NCBI GenBank assembly: GCA_030390025.1 | Contig: CM059425.1 | Span: 173,168,001 to 173,232,000 of the forward strand | Source: Squalus acanthias | Lineage: Eukaryota | Length of the DNA stretch: 64,000 nucleotides | Direction: 5' to 3' | Shown here: in pieces, positions 1-12,067 of the stretch | Numbering within the stretch: position 1 is the first letter of the stretch | Layout of the letters: every line of letters starts with the position of its first letter | Position numbers and translations under genes: made by a program | Notes under the pieces: model-generated | The model's database searches: none | Seen by the model: only the letters and a program-made list of their open reading frames with translations | Told to the model about the DNA's origin: nothing

Positions 1-828
1 AGCCACAGGCCTCCCAGGACTTGCTGCCAGCCTCCAGCATTCTTGCTACTGTTGGAGAACCACAGCCTCTCAGGGCCCGAAGATTTGAAGGGTCCCTCCA
101 AAAAAAAACAAAGCCACTCACCTTTGAGCATTTTTCGCCTTGCTGCCTGGTGCCCTCAGACTCTCCAATCTGAGCGGGTTCCAGGCTCAAGTCTCATAAT
201 AGCATCTCAAGGAGCCTCGCATCTAGATGTCCTTTGGCCACAAGAAGTGTGGCTGCAGGGCCTGCCTCATTTACTTGGGAGTGCTTTGTCAGCACCTACT
301 TCAGGTGCAATCTCAGGTCCACCCTTTGAGGAAGCCCAGGAATCCTATGGCAATGTAATGCGGATAAGTGTGAGGTAATGTATTTTGAGAGGAAATACAA
401 GATATGGAAATATATACTCAATGGAAAGATACTGAAGGTGTGAATGAACAAAGAGACCTCGGGTTCAAATACATAGGGCTAGAAATTCGTTATAGACAAG
501 GAATGGGTGGTGTCAGCAGAAAAGTTGGAGAATTAGCGCCAGGCACAAATGCTTTAAGAACTGTAAGAAAAATTCATGCTCACTGCTCAATAAAATGATT
601 GGAGTCCTAAATCAAGTCTTAAAACCCAAGCTTAAGACTTAAAAGGTGGACCAATATCGGGTGCAGTCTAATCGCAACTCACCATTGCCACAGGCTTTTT
701 TCACTACTTAAAGGGGAGGTTCATTGATGCTGCAGCACCTCATTCTCAGCATTGCTGGCTATGCAGCTGCCTCAGCAAGCAGAAGCAGAACAAGGAGAAG
801 GAGCCAGAGGACTGAACCAGGTGTGCTC

Positions 829-1071
829 ATGGCAGGTCCATGCCCCAGGGAGAGAGCCCGCAGATTCTCCGATGAAGCACTGGAGGCATTGGTTTTCGCT
901 GTGGAGAGAGGGAGGGCGGTGCTCTACATGGCAAGTGACAGGAGGCCCTCGCCACAAGTCTTCCACACCATGTGGAGGGAGGTAGCGCAGCACATCTCGG
1001 GCAGCACTGTGGTCTCCAGGACCCACACACAGTGCAGGAAGAAATTTAACGACCTCACTCGGGTGGTCAGG
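829..1071 (+). pseudogene. Harbinger Myb/SANT-like DNA-binding protein, exon 1
   Basis: RARRFSDEALEALV...WREVAQHIS...RTHTQCRKKFNDL is a Myb/SANT-like (MSANTD/trihelix) domain; it ends at the donor AGG|GTGAGT at 1072. Confidence 0.8.
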
Positions 1072-1090
1072 GTGAGTGAATAGAGTCATA

Positions 1091-1934
1091 GGGGGGAAAA
1101 TTCAGTTGGTTTGCCCCATCCCGTTAGCACCTTAAGAGGGCATTAATGGGGCACAAAGCAACTAGCGCCCAGGCGCAGCGATATCTGCGCCTCTCGTGAA
1201 ATTGACCAGACATTTTGCGGCGGCGCTAAACACTACTGCCACGATCTCCTGCGCCGGCAGATCGTGATGTCAGTCGAGTGCGCAACGCCCCGGTAGCGCC
1301 CCAGAGCGGATATTGAGTGGCGCCCCTGCCTTACCGCCTGCCGCTAGCAACGACAGGTTGAGGGGAGCGTTTTGCAGTCAGGAAGGGACTGGGGGAGTGC
1401 TATTTAAAGGCGAACGCTTCCTGCCTTTTTTTGTTGGTGACATTTTTGCACCACGCATTCTGAGAGAGAGAGAGAGAGACTTCTGCAGAGATTCAACGCT
1501 GTGTGAAGGAGTTTTGGGTACTGAGCAGCACTTTGCAGGTTCATTTTGATTTGCCCTTCCTTGCATCTATTTAGAAGAGACTTTGGGGGCAGCACTCTGA
1601 GCTCTTTCCCTGGGCCTCTCCATTGTTCTTTCCAGCAGATTTGATGTACAGGTCTCTCCAGGCCGAGATTCAAGGCTGCAATGAGCAGGATGTGGATGGA
1701 GAGCAAGATCAACCCTCCCCTTTAAGAATTGGCTGGCACCATTGTGTCTGTGTTCCATTGCTGACTGACATCACATGAGCTTCGCCAGCGCTCCGAGGTA
1801 GCGCTTCGCTCCTCGGCCTCCAGGGGCGATAAAAGCCAAGTTTGCAGTCGGAGGCAATAATTAGCGCCAGGCGCTAAACTTTGCGCACAGCTGCTAATTG
1901 CGCCCCAAACGGGGCGATACTGAATTTATCCCCC
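1091..1934. mobile_element. Non-autonomous Harbinger-type MITE
   Basis: TIRs GGGGGGAAAATTCAGT / GGGGGATAAATTCAGT(rc) and a perfect ATA TSD (1088-1090, 1935-1937); inserted in the 3' tail of a CR1. Confidence 0.85.
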
Positions 1935-3366
1935 ATAGAGCCATAGAATTATACAGCACAGAAAGAGGCTCTTCGGCCCATCGTGTCTGCGCTGGCCATC
2001 AAGCCCTATCTATTCTAATCCCATTTTCCAGCACTTGGTCCGTAGCCTTGTATGCTATGGCGTTTCAAGTGCTCATCTAAATGCTTCTTGAATGTTGTGA
2101 GGGTTCCTGCCTCTACCACCCTTTCAGGCAGTGAGTTCCAGATTCCAACCACCCTCTGGGTGAAAAAGTTTTTCCTCAAATCCCCACTAAACCTCCTGCC
2201 CCTTACCTTGAAACTGTGCCCCCTGGTTATTGACCCCTCTACTAAGGGGAAAAGTTCCTTTCTATCTACCCTATCTATGCCCCTCATAATTTTGTACACC
2301 TCAATCAGGTCCCCCCTCAGCCTTCTCTGCTCTAAGGAAAACAACCCCAGCCTGTCCAGTCTCTCTTCATAGCTGAAACGCTCCAGCCCAGGTAATATCC
2401 TGGTGAATCTCCTCTGCATCCTCTCCAACGCAATCACATCCTTCCTATAGTGTGGCGACCAGAACTGCACTCAGTATTCCAGCTGTGGCCTAACTAGCGT
2501 TTTGTACAGCTCCATCATAACCTCCCCGCTCTTATATTCTATGCCTCGGCTAATGAAGGCAAGTATCCCATATGCCTTTTTAACCACCTTATCTACCTGT
2601 CCTGCTGCCTTCAGGGATCTATGTACATGCACACCAAGGTCCCTCTGATCCTCTGTCCTTCCTAGGGTCCTACCATTCATTGTGTATTCCCTTGCCTTGT
2701 TAGTCCTCCCAAAATGCATCACCTCACACTTTTCAGGGTTAAATTCCATTTGCCACTGTTCTGCCTATCTAACCAATCCGTCTATATCGTCCTGTAGCCT
2801 GAGGCTTCCCTCCTTGCTATTTACCACTCCACCAGTTTTTGTGTCATCTGCGAACTTACTGATCATACCTCCTACATTCATATCTAAATCATTAATGTAC
2901 ACTACAAACAGCAAGGGACCCAGCACCGATCCCTGCGGTACACCACTGGACACAGGCTTCCAGTCACAAAAACAACCTTCGACCATCACCCTCTGCCTCC
3001 TGCCACGAAGCCAATTTTGGATCCAATGTGCCAAATTGCCCTGGATCCCATGGGCTCTTACTTTCTTGACCAGTCTCCCATGTGGGACTTTGTCAAAAGC
3101 CTTACTGAAGTCCATGTAGACTACATCAACTGCACTACCCTCATCCACACACCTAGTCACCCCCTCGAAAAATTCAATCAAATTGGTTAGACATGATCTC
3201 CCCCTGACAAAGCCATGCTGACTATCCTTGATTAATCCTTGCCTCTCCAAGTGGAGACTAATTTTGTCCCTCAGAATTTTTTCCAATAATTTCCCTACCA
3301 CTGATGTTAGGCTCACTGGCCTGTAATTCCCTGGTTTATCCCTACTACCCTTCTTGAATAATGGTA

Positions 3367-3772
3367 CAGGAAACTTTTGTTTATCCGGCACCCAAATATC
3401 CGGAATTCTCGCTTAACCGGCAAAAATCATCCTCCGAAAACTCCTCTCAAATAACCGGCAATGTTGCCGAGTCGCAGTCGAGTCTCCGCGAACGCCGAGT
3501 ACTCCGAAAACTCCTCTCAAATAACTGGCAATGTTGCCGATCCCGAGTCCGAGTCCGAGTCCGCGAACGCCGATTTAGTCAGTAGGGGTAGTTTTCAAAA
3601 GTGCCACTACTCGGCCTCCTGGCGCTGTCGGAAGTATACTGCACATTTCTTGATTTATTTATTTTTCTTTGTTAAAAATAGCCTCGGTAGATATAACTCT
3701 CCGTTATCCGGTACTTTCGATAAACCGGCACCACGCCGGTCCCATCGGTGCCGGTTAATAAAGAGTTTCCTG
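3367..3772. mobile_element. Tc1/mariner-pogo (Tigger-like) MITE nested in CR1
   Basis: TIRs CAGGAAACT..T...CCGGCACC at both ends and a TA TSD (3365-3366, 3773-3774); it splits the CR1 RT ORF. Confidence 0.9.
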
Positions 3773-4872
3773 TACTATGTTAGCTGTCTTCCAGTCCTCT
3801 GGCACCTCCCCTGTGGCCAGAGAGGTTCTGAAAATTTGTGTCAGAGCCCCTGCAATCTCCTCCCTTGCCTCACACAGCAGCCTGGGATACATCTCGTCTG
3901 GGCCTGGGGATTTATCCACTTTTAAGCCCGCTAAAACCGCTAGTACCTCCTCCCTCTCAATACTAATTTGTTCATGTATATCACAATCCCCCTGCCTGAT
4001 TTCTATGCCTACATCGTCCTTCTCCATAGTGAACACAGATGCAAAATATTCATTTAAAACCTCACCCACATCATCCAGCTCTACACACAGATTGCCACTT
4101 TGGTCCCTAATGAGCCCTACTCTTTCTCTGGTTATCCTCTTGCCCTTAATATACTTATAAAACACCGTGGGATTTTCCTTTATTTTTCATGCCCCCTCTT
4201 CGCTCTCCTAATTTCTTTTTTAAGTACCCATCTGCACTTTCTATACTCCTCTAGAGCTTCCAATGTTTTTAGTCCTTTGTATCTGCCAAAAGCCTCCCTT
4301 TTTTTCCTAATCCATTCTTGTATATCCCTTGACATCCAGGGCTCCCTGGACTTGTTGGTCCCACCCTTGACCTTTACGGGAACATGTTGGCGCTGTACTC
4401 TCTCTATTTCCTTTCTGAATGACTCCCATTGCTCTGATGTGGATTTTCCTACAAGTAGCTGATGCAAGTCCACTTTGGCCAGATCCTGCCTGATCATATT
4501 AAAATCGGCCTTCCCCCAATTTAGAACCTTTATTTCCGGTCCATCTTTGCTTCAACAAATGCTACATACCACCATCTGTACCACAATCTTCACACACTGC
4601 CCAAAGCACTACACCCCCAGCACTCACCCACCAACAATTTCTACCTACCAACACTCACACCCACATCTCACACCTTGCACACAATGACAGCTATTCAACT
4701 ATGGCAGGCAGAAGGGTCATTAGTTATTAGAATTCATGTGATATGTTTATAGATAAATGTATTAATGGTCTTTGGAATATTTTGTGGTCTCTCTCATTTC
4801 ACCTTTGTGCCCAGAAGGATGCTGTGATACGCCATGAGACAGGGATTGTATGATGGGGATGTGGGGTTTCAT

Positions 4873-6010
4873 TCATGTGAATCGGAGTCTGATGAGCCAG
4901 TCACGGACAGTCCGTCCAGAAGGCCGATTGTCTCGTTGCCTCCTCCCTCCCTCCTGTTCCTCCTCTTCCTCCTCATCCTCCTCTGCCTCTTCCTCCTCCT
5001 GAGGTGGTCCCACAATCCCTGCTGGCAAGGGCTGTGCCCTCATGATGGTCAAGTTGTAGACCACCATGAAATGGGACACCCGCTCTGGCGAGTACTGGAG
5101 GGCTCCTCACAAGCGGTCAAGGCAGCGGAACCATTGCTTCAAAAAGCCGATGGTCTGCTCGATGATGTTCCTGGTAGCAGCATGGCTCTCATTATGAGTG
5201 CTGGGCACGAGTGTTGGGGTTGCGGAGGGGAGTCATGAGCCAGGTGGAGAGCGGATAGCCCTTGTCTCCGAGCAAACACTCTCAAGCTTGGCGTGGTGGC
5301 TGGAAGAGTGCTGGCGCAGGATGAAAGCATTGTGGCTGCTGCGAGGATAGCGGGCATTGACATTAAGGATTCGCTGTGTGTGGTCGCACACCAACTGCAC
5401 ATTAAGTGAGTAGTAGCCTTTGTGGTTACGGAAGATCTCAGGATTGTTATGCAGTGCCCGCAAAGCCACGTGGGTGCAGTCGATGGCGCCCTGCACCATG
5501 GGGAAGCCCGCTATCCTGGCAAAGCCACATGCACGCTCGTCCTGCTTCTCTCTGGTGATCGGAAAGCCAATGCAGTCCCTTCTCCTGCTGTAGAGAGCCT
5601 CAGTGACCTCCCGGATACAGCGATGGACGGCAAACTGTGAGATGTTAGCTATGTTTCCTGTTGCAGACTGGAAGGATCTGCTGGTGAAAAATTGAGGGCC
5701 ACAGTGACCTTGACTGCCACTGGGAGAGCTGTGGTCGCCCTGGTCTGAGGCTGGAGGTCTGGTTGCAGGAGGTGGCAGAGTTCTGTGACCACCTCCTTGG
5801 AGAAGCAAAGCCTTCTAATACACTGCTCCTCGCTTAATTGAAGGTAGGAGAAGTGCTCTCGGAATATCCTTGGAGGGTAAGGCCTCCTGGTGAAAGCCCT
5901 GATGGCCCTCCTCCTTCCTCTGTGCACATGTTCCCATATTTCTCGCTGCCTACGTTCCCTGTGCCATAGATCCTGGAGGGCGAGGTCGACTGCCAGTACA
6001 GCCCCCATTA
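4873..6010 (-). pseudogene. Harbinger (HARBI1-like) DDE transposase, frameshifted
   Basis: Motifs across frames: LPVAVKVTVALNF, FPMVQGAIDCTHV, KGYYSLNVQLVCD, LLGDKGYP, IIEQTIG..KQWFRCLD, YNL, then an acidic tail. Confidence 0.9.
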
Positions 6011-8399
6011 ATGTTACCAAGTGTAGCAGTTTGAATCTTTGAAGAATAAATGTAGCTACTTTTTAGTTGCCAGAAGACTCCTGATGCAAAAGAACCTTGA
6101 AATTACTGAAACTGTTGCAGTCGGTAAAACTAACAAAAACCACTGAAACTGCACTAACCTGACAGCTGCGAGTGATTACTCATGATCCGTTTAAATAACG
6201 TCCCTCGAGCAGGCTTCCTGGTGCTGCATGCCAGCTCTCCCTGTCGGTGTTTACTGCAGGCGGTGAGGTAAGTGGCGAGATTAAATTTTGCAAATCGGGC
6301 AGTTAGTGAGCGTTCCACACTCACTGGCATCACGATCTACCTGGCGCTGACGTTCCCGACGATACCGCTTACCAGCGGCGCTACGGGGGTGCCAGATTTG
6401 GTGTGTGCCGCTGGATTCACTTCGCCCCGGCGATACTGGTCTAGCACACCATTAACGGCATCTACTGGCGCTAATGGGAGGTGCTAAGGGGACGAATTTT
6501 TCCCCCAGATTCCTTAAAATTGCGAGTGCTGGTAGATAAAGCCATAAAAATGACCAATAACATTTTGAGTTTTATAAATAAGGGCATAAAACACAACAGT
6601 AAAGAAGTAAGGATGAATTTAAACAAAACATTGGTTAGGTCACAGTTAGAGTACTGTGTGCAGTTTTGTGTGCCCCATTACAGAAAGGACATTAAAACCA
6701 CAGAGAGTGTACAGTGTAAATTTACTAGAAGAATGCCAGGGATGGGAAGCTATGGTTATGAGGAGAGACTATTTCCACTGAAGAGAAGGCCAAGATGAGA
6801 TTTAACAGAGGTTTTGAAAATTAGAAAGGCTTTTGATTCAGTGAATAGGGAAAGACTAGGTTAGGAAAAGTTCCTTGTGCAGAGTGTTGGAATGCTTTGT
6901 CACAGGCGATAGTTGAGGCAGACACCATTGCATCTTTTAAAGGAAAAGTGGATAAATATTTGAAGCAGGGGAAGATACAGGGCTATGGGAAGAAAAGTAG
7001 TTTTAGATTGCAATAGCAAAGACCCAGCACAGACATGATGGGTTGAATGGCCTTCTTCTTTGCTGTAAACCTTTACGATTCTATGGGTTTCTTTAGAGTT
7101 GAGGTAGTTATTGTGTGTCGGGTGATGTACTATATTATCGATGTGAAATGTAAAGAAAGGCCAGCAGAGGGGGTGCTAAATCACTGTAAAGATTGATGAA
7201 ATGCATGTAATCAAATTTGAAGTAGCACGTTACTGAATAGTTTTATTATGGCCTAGCTAGAAGTTAAGAAATTCCTGTAAAATAATGTTAATAAAGTTAT
7301 TTTTAGAAGATCTCCTTTGTTTGATTCCAATTTTAGAAGAACCCATAACATGACGATAGTGGCAGGGATGTTGGTGGTGAAATTTGTAGCACAAAATGGG
7401 CAATAGCGAATTGTCAGACCGTTTTACACTCCATCCGGTTTTCTTTTCCTTTGAAGTTGTTAAGGATCGAGAGCTAGGAAAGGAATCCATTTTGTAAGTA
7501 AGGAATCCATCTTATATTAACCTCTAAAAGTTAGACGCCTGCAGAAGTTTGCAGTCTATGTACGGATGTCACAAGCAGCCTTCTCTTGAGGTCAAGTTAC
7601 ACATTGTTTACATTTAAATTCTGACGTTTCTCGAAAATTCATGTATGCCTAGAGACTAAGATATCTGTTGCGCAACCAAATATAATACATTCTACACTTT
7701 ACTAGAGCCTAAACTCCAATAGCCTTCAGAAGCACTAGAGAGACTTGGGTGATATATGGTCAGAGAGCCTGGAATTTCTTGATAAAGACTGGTGAGAACT
7801 GGTGTAATGTACATCAAGGTCATGTGAAATAATATAGTTCTAAAGATATCAAAAGGACAAGATTGTAACACGAGGTTAGAAGATGAAGCAAAAGTAAAAG
7901 GTCTATAAAGTTGAGCTCAATGACGATAACGTGGGATTTACAGCAAAGCCTCTCCGTGTATTGTCTGAGTATGTACAGTATGTTCATTTAAACTTTAATA
8001 AACCAGCAAGTATTTGACTTTCCGTCTAGAACTCATCCTTGGCTCATGGACATAGGACAGCAGCCCGTCTATGTTATTACAAAAATACATTTCCAACAAA
8101 GTCAATGGAAAAGAAAATTGAGTGGAGTGTAAACGGGGCTGCCGATCCGCTATCGCCTGTTTTGCGCTATCGTCCAAGACGAATTTCACCCTCATTGTTT
8201 CTTAGTAAAAGAAAATCATCTGAAAACTGAAAAACAGAATGTTTACCAGGGACCAGCCAAGAGAAACGTTTTGAAAAAACAAGTGCTAGGAATAGGTAGA
8301 AGACATTTTAAAAGCACAGAGAAATAGTTTCTTTCCACATAAAGCAACCAGAGAAAATGATTTCAGTAAACCAGAAGAGTGATCAAGATGGATAAAGCG

Positions 8400-9264
8400 A
8401 TTTGGAAGATTTAAAATTGCTTCAGGTTCAGGTAAGAAAGAAGTGAATCAGATTAACACACTGATATAAGTGATGGGTGAGGGAGCAGGGGACATGTGCT
8501 CTTTTCAACTGTCCGAGAATGATCGGGGTATTTATGAAACAGCAAAAGATCAGTTTGAAAAACAGTTCCTAATTCTGAAAGAGTTAAATTCAATCAAAGG
8601 AAGCAAGAAACCGAGTAAGTGGTCAATTTCATTCTGTTTGGCTCAATACTGTGGTACTCTGCATGACCAAATGATTTGTGATCATTTTCTTGTAAAATAT
8701 GAGATAAGACTGTGCGACAGATTACACTTAAAACTGAGTTAACTATTGATAAAGCAATAATACAAGATTGAAGCTATTAGGGACAGCAAGTAGACATCAA
8801 ACAGCAGCCAGCAGAGGGAGCAATTATCAACCAGTTGACAGAGAGGAGCAGATCACAGCTGACTGAAAAAACACAGCAGCAAAGCATACTTCCAAGCAAG
8901 TTTACAGGAAGGGAGTGAAGGCCCCAGAGGAACAGAACCTGTGATGGATATGGGAGATTTCCAGTTTGTCCCAGACATTTATATCTGGTTAAGGAAGCAA
9001 AATGCCATCATTATCTTTGAATGGAACGTTTACAGATGGTATGGTGAAAAAAAAAAGCAATTGATAACATTTCACAGGGAACCCAGAAAAAATACAAACA
9101 AGCTTTTCTGGGCGTGATAGAAGGAAAGGGAGAAAACTATGGTCAGTAAAACTGTTCTTTGGAAAAGTTCCAACAGAGTTTAAATGGACACAGGGCAGCC
9201 ATCTTGGTAATAGCTGATTCCTTTTATAAAGAGGGACCTCTACAAGGTCTAATTAAAATGCTAT
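8400..9264 (+). mobile_element. Degenerate Gypsy LTR-retrotransposon gag/protease remnant (continues at 14591-14680)
   Basis: Gag-like MGEGAGD...YETAKDQFEKQF and DQMICD, a protease-like DTG near 9185, and protease-like sequence resuming after the 9265-14590 insertion block. Confidence 0.55.
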
Positions 9265-9583
9265 AGGCTAGAAATTCGTCTCGGGTGGTGGCACAAAATG
9301 GACGGTATCGGATCGGCCGCCCGTTATACGCAGCACCTGATATTCAGTTCCATTAGTCAGTAACAGAAGGACGGTGAAGCATATGACAAATGTTGAAATA
9401 GGAATTGGGGTTGTGTTTACTGGTACTGCAGGCGGATGATTTGATCCCGGATATCCCGGCCAGAAAGGGGCTGTCTGGGTTGCCTCCTTCCTTCTGCTTC
9501 CTCCTCTTCTGCTTCCTCCACTTCTGCTTCCTCCTCCTCCTCTTCTGTGAACAGCTTGTCCCCTTTGCTGCCTCTGCTCCATC
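9265..9583. mobile_element. Harbinger terminus with a transposase N-terminal-like fragment
   Basis: Starts GGCTAGAAATTCGT, identical to the left TIR at 477; the minus-strand Arg/Gly-rich peptide resembles the N-terminus of the transposase at 5650-6010. Confidence 0.55.
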
Positions 9584-12067
9584 TCCAGATATGCAAGAGC
9601 TATAGAGTGGTGATATTGGGGGATTTTAATTACCCAAATATCGATTGGGATAATGCTAGGGTAAAGGGAAAGGAGGGGGAGGAATTTCTGAAATGTGTTC
9701 AGGAGAATTTCCTTGACCAGTGTGTTCTTGGCCCAACTAGGAGGGCGGCATTGCTTGATCTGGTGCTGGGGAATGAGGTGGGCCAGGTCGACCAAGTGTC
9801 TGGGAGAACATTTGGGTGCGAGTGATCATCGTATCATAAGATTTAGATTAGCAATGGAGAGGAGCAAGGAACAATCTAGAGTGGAACTCCTAAACTGGAA
9901 TAGGGCTAACTTTAATGGGATGCGAAAGGATCTAGCCAGGGTAAAATGGAACCAAAGACTGACAGGAAAAACTGTAATGGAACAATGGGTGATCTTTAAG
10001 GAGGAGATGTTCCAAGTACAGGCTAAGTACATTCCAACAAGAGGGAAGGGTAAGGGAACCAAAGCAAGGGCTCCTTGGATGACGAGGGAGATAGAGAAGA
10101 TAATAAAACAAAAAAAGAGGGTGTATGATGCATGTCAGGTGAATTGTTCAAGGGAGAACTAGAGCAAATACAATAAGTTGAGAGGGGATGTGAAGATGAA
10201 AATAAGATTGGCAAAGAGAGAATATGAGAGTAGAATGGCAGTTAACATAAAAGGGAACCCAAAAATCTTCTACCGGCATGTAAACAATAAGTGGGTAGTA
10301 AGAGGCGGGGTGGCGCCTATTAGACAAAGAAGGTGATATATGCTTAGAGGCGCAGGGCAAGGCTAGAATACTCAATGAATACTGTGAATCGGTGTTTACT
10401 AAGGAGGTGGATGCTGACAAAATATCAGTAGAAGTGGAAAAGGTAGAAAGAAATGGAAGGGGTGAAAATCGATAGACAGGATGTACTAGAAAGGCTGGGT
10501 ATGCTTAGAGTGGATAAGTCGCCTGGTCCAGATGACTTGCATCCCAGGTTGCTAAGGGAATTGGGGGAGGAGATAGCGGAAGGGCTTGCCATAATTTTCC
10601 AATCTTCCCTAGATGCGGGGGATGTGCCTGAGGATTGGAAAGTGGCAAATGTGACACCATTGTTCAAGAAAGGGTGTAAGGATAATCCTAGTAACTACAG
10701 GCCGGTCAGTTTAACATCAGTGGTGGGTAAAGTTTTAGAAACAATAATCAAGGAAAAAATTAACAGGCATTTGGAGAGGTTTAAACTAATTAATGAGAGC
10801 CAACACGGGTTTGTAAAAGGAAGATCGTGTTTGACTAATCTAATTGAATTTTTTGATGAAGTAACAGAGAGGATTGATGAAGGGAATGCAATGGATGTTG
10901 TCTACATGGATTTTAGGAAGGCGTTTGACAAAGTACCACATAGAAGGCTAGTTAACAAAATTGAGGCTCATGGAATAGATGGGTCAGTGGCAGCTTGGAT
11001 AAGGAATTCGCTTAAGGACAGAAAACAGTGAGTTGTGGTAAATGGCTGTTTTTCAGACTGGAGGATGGTAGACAGTGGTATTCCCCAAGGGTCAGTGCTG
11101 GGGCCACTGCTATTTTTGATATATATAAATGACCTGGATATTGGAATACAGAGTAGAATTTCTAAATTTGCCGATGACACCAAACTTGGGGGGGGTGGCA
11201 AACAGTGAGGATGATACCAATCGACTGCAACAGGACATAGAAAGGCTAGCAGAATGGGCAGACAAGTGGCAGATGGAATTTAATACAGAGAAGTGTGAGG
11301 TGATGCATTTTGGCAGAAGGAACAGGGAGAGGCAATATACACTTAATGACAGTTTTAAAGAGTGTGCAGGGACAGAGGGATCTGGGAGTTAATGTGCATA
11401 GGTCCCTGAAGGTGGCAGGACATATTGAGAGAGTGGTTAACAAAGCATATGGGATCTTGGGCTTCATAAATAGAGGTATTGAGTACAAAAGTAGAGAAGT
11501 TATGCTGAACCTTTATAAAGCGCTGGTTAGGCCACAACTGGAGTATTGCGTCCAGTTCTGGTCACCACACTTTAGGAAAGATGTGAAGGCCCTTGAGAGG
11601 GTGCAGAGGAGATTTACCAGAACAGTTCTGGGGATGGGGGATCTTAGCTACAAGGACAGGTTGGAGAAGCTGGATTTGTTTTCATTAGAGCAAAGGAGGT
11701 TGAGGAGTGATTTGATAGAGGTGTAAAAGATTATGACGGGTTTGGATAGGCTAGACGGGGAAAGGCTGTTCCGACTCGTTGATGGTACAAGGACTAGGGG
11801 ACACAGATTTAAGAGATACAGGGGGGATGTGAGGGAAAACTTTTTTACACAGCGAGTGGTGTTGACCTGGAACTCGCTGCCGACGGAAGTGGTGGAAGCG
11901 GAGACACTCACTGTTTTCAAGCGGAGACTGGATAGGCACTTGAGGGAAATAAACTTACAGGGCTACGGGGATAGAGCGGGGGAATGGGACTGACTGGATT
12001 GCTCTACAGAGAGCTGGCACAGACTCGATGGGCCAAATGGCCTCCCTCTGTGCCGTTATGACTGTAT
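9584..12067 (+). mobile_element. CR1 LINE, 5'-truncated (EN C-terminus, RT, 3' tail)
   Basis: [44 protein letters not shown] and QLEYCVQFWSP, with several frameshifts. Confidence 0.95.

Larger units (their letters stand above)
1081..4548 (-). mobile_element. CR1 LINE, 5'-truncated (ORF2 RT with stops)
   Basis: Minus-strand ORFs with [36 protein letters not shown] and FADD; octamer-repeat tail at 1081-1090 and 1935-1950. Confidence 0.95.
477..6505. mobile_element. PIF/Harbinger DNA transposon (decayed, two convergent genes, nested insertions)
   Basis: Imperfect TIRs GGCTAGAAATTCGT / GGGGAAAAATTCGT(rc) and a 3-bp TSD with one mismatch (TAG/CAG, or ATA/AGA if the ends shift by 1). Contains a Myb/SANT ORF (+) and a HARBI1-like transposase (-), and interrupts a CR1. 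Confidence 0.8.
360..7085 (+). mobile_element. Old CR1 LINE 3' fragment split by the Harbinger insertion (pieces 360-475 and 6507-7085)
   Basis: The RT C-terminal motif QRDLG ends at ~475 and the CR1 sequence resumes at 6507 (LK...VDKAIK...QLEYCVQF), followed by a CR1 3' UTR. Confidence 0.75.

Noticed and set aside
4873..6020. Host gene HARBI1
   Set aside because: It is frameshifted, flanked by TIRs and paired with a Myb ORF, so it is a transposon copy rather than the domesticated gene.
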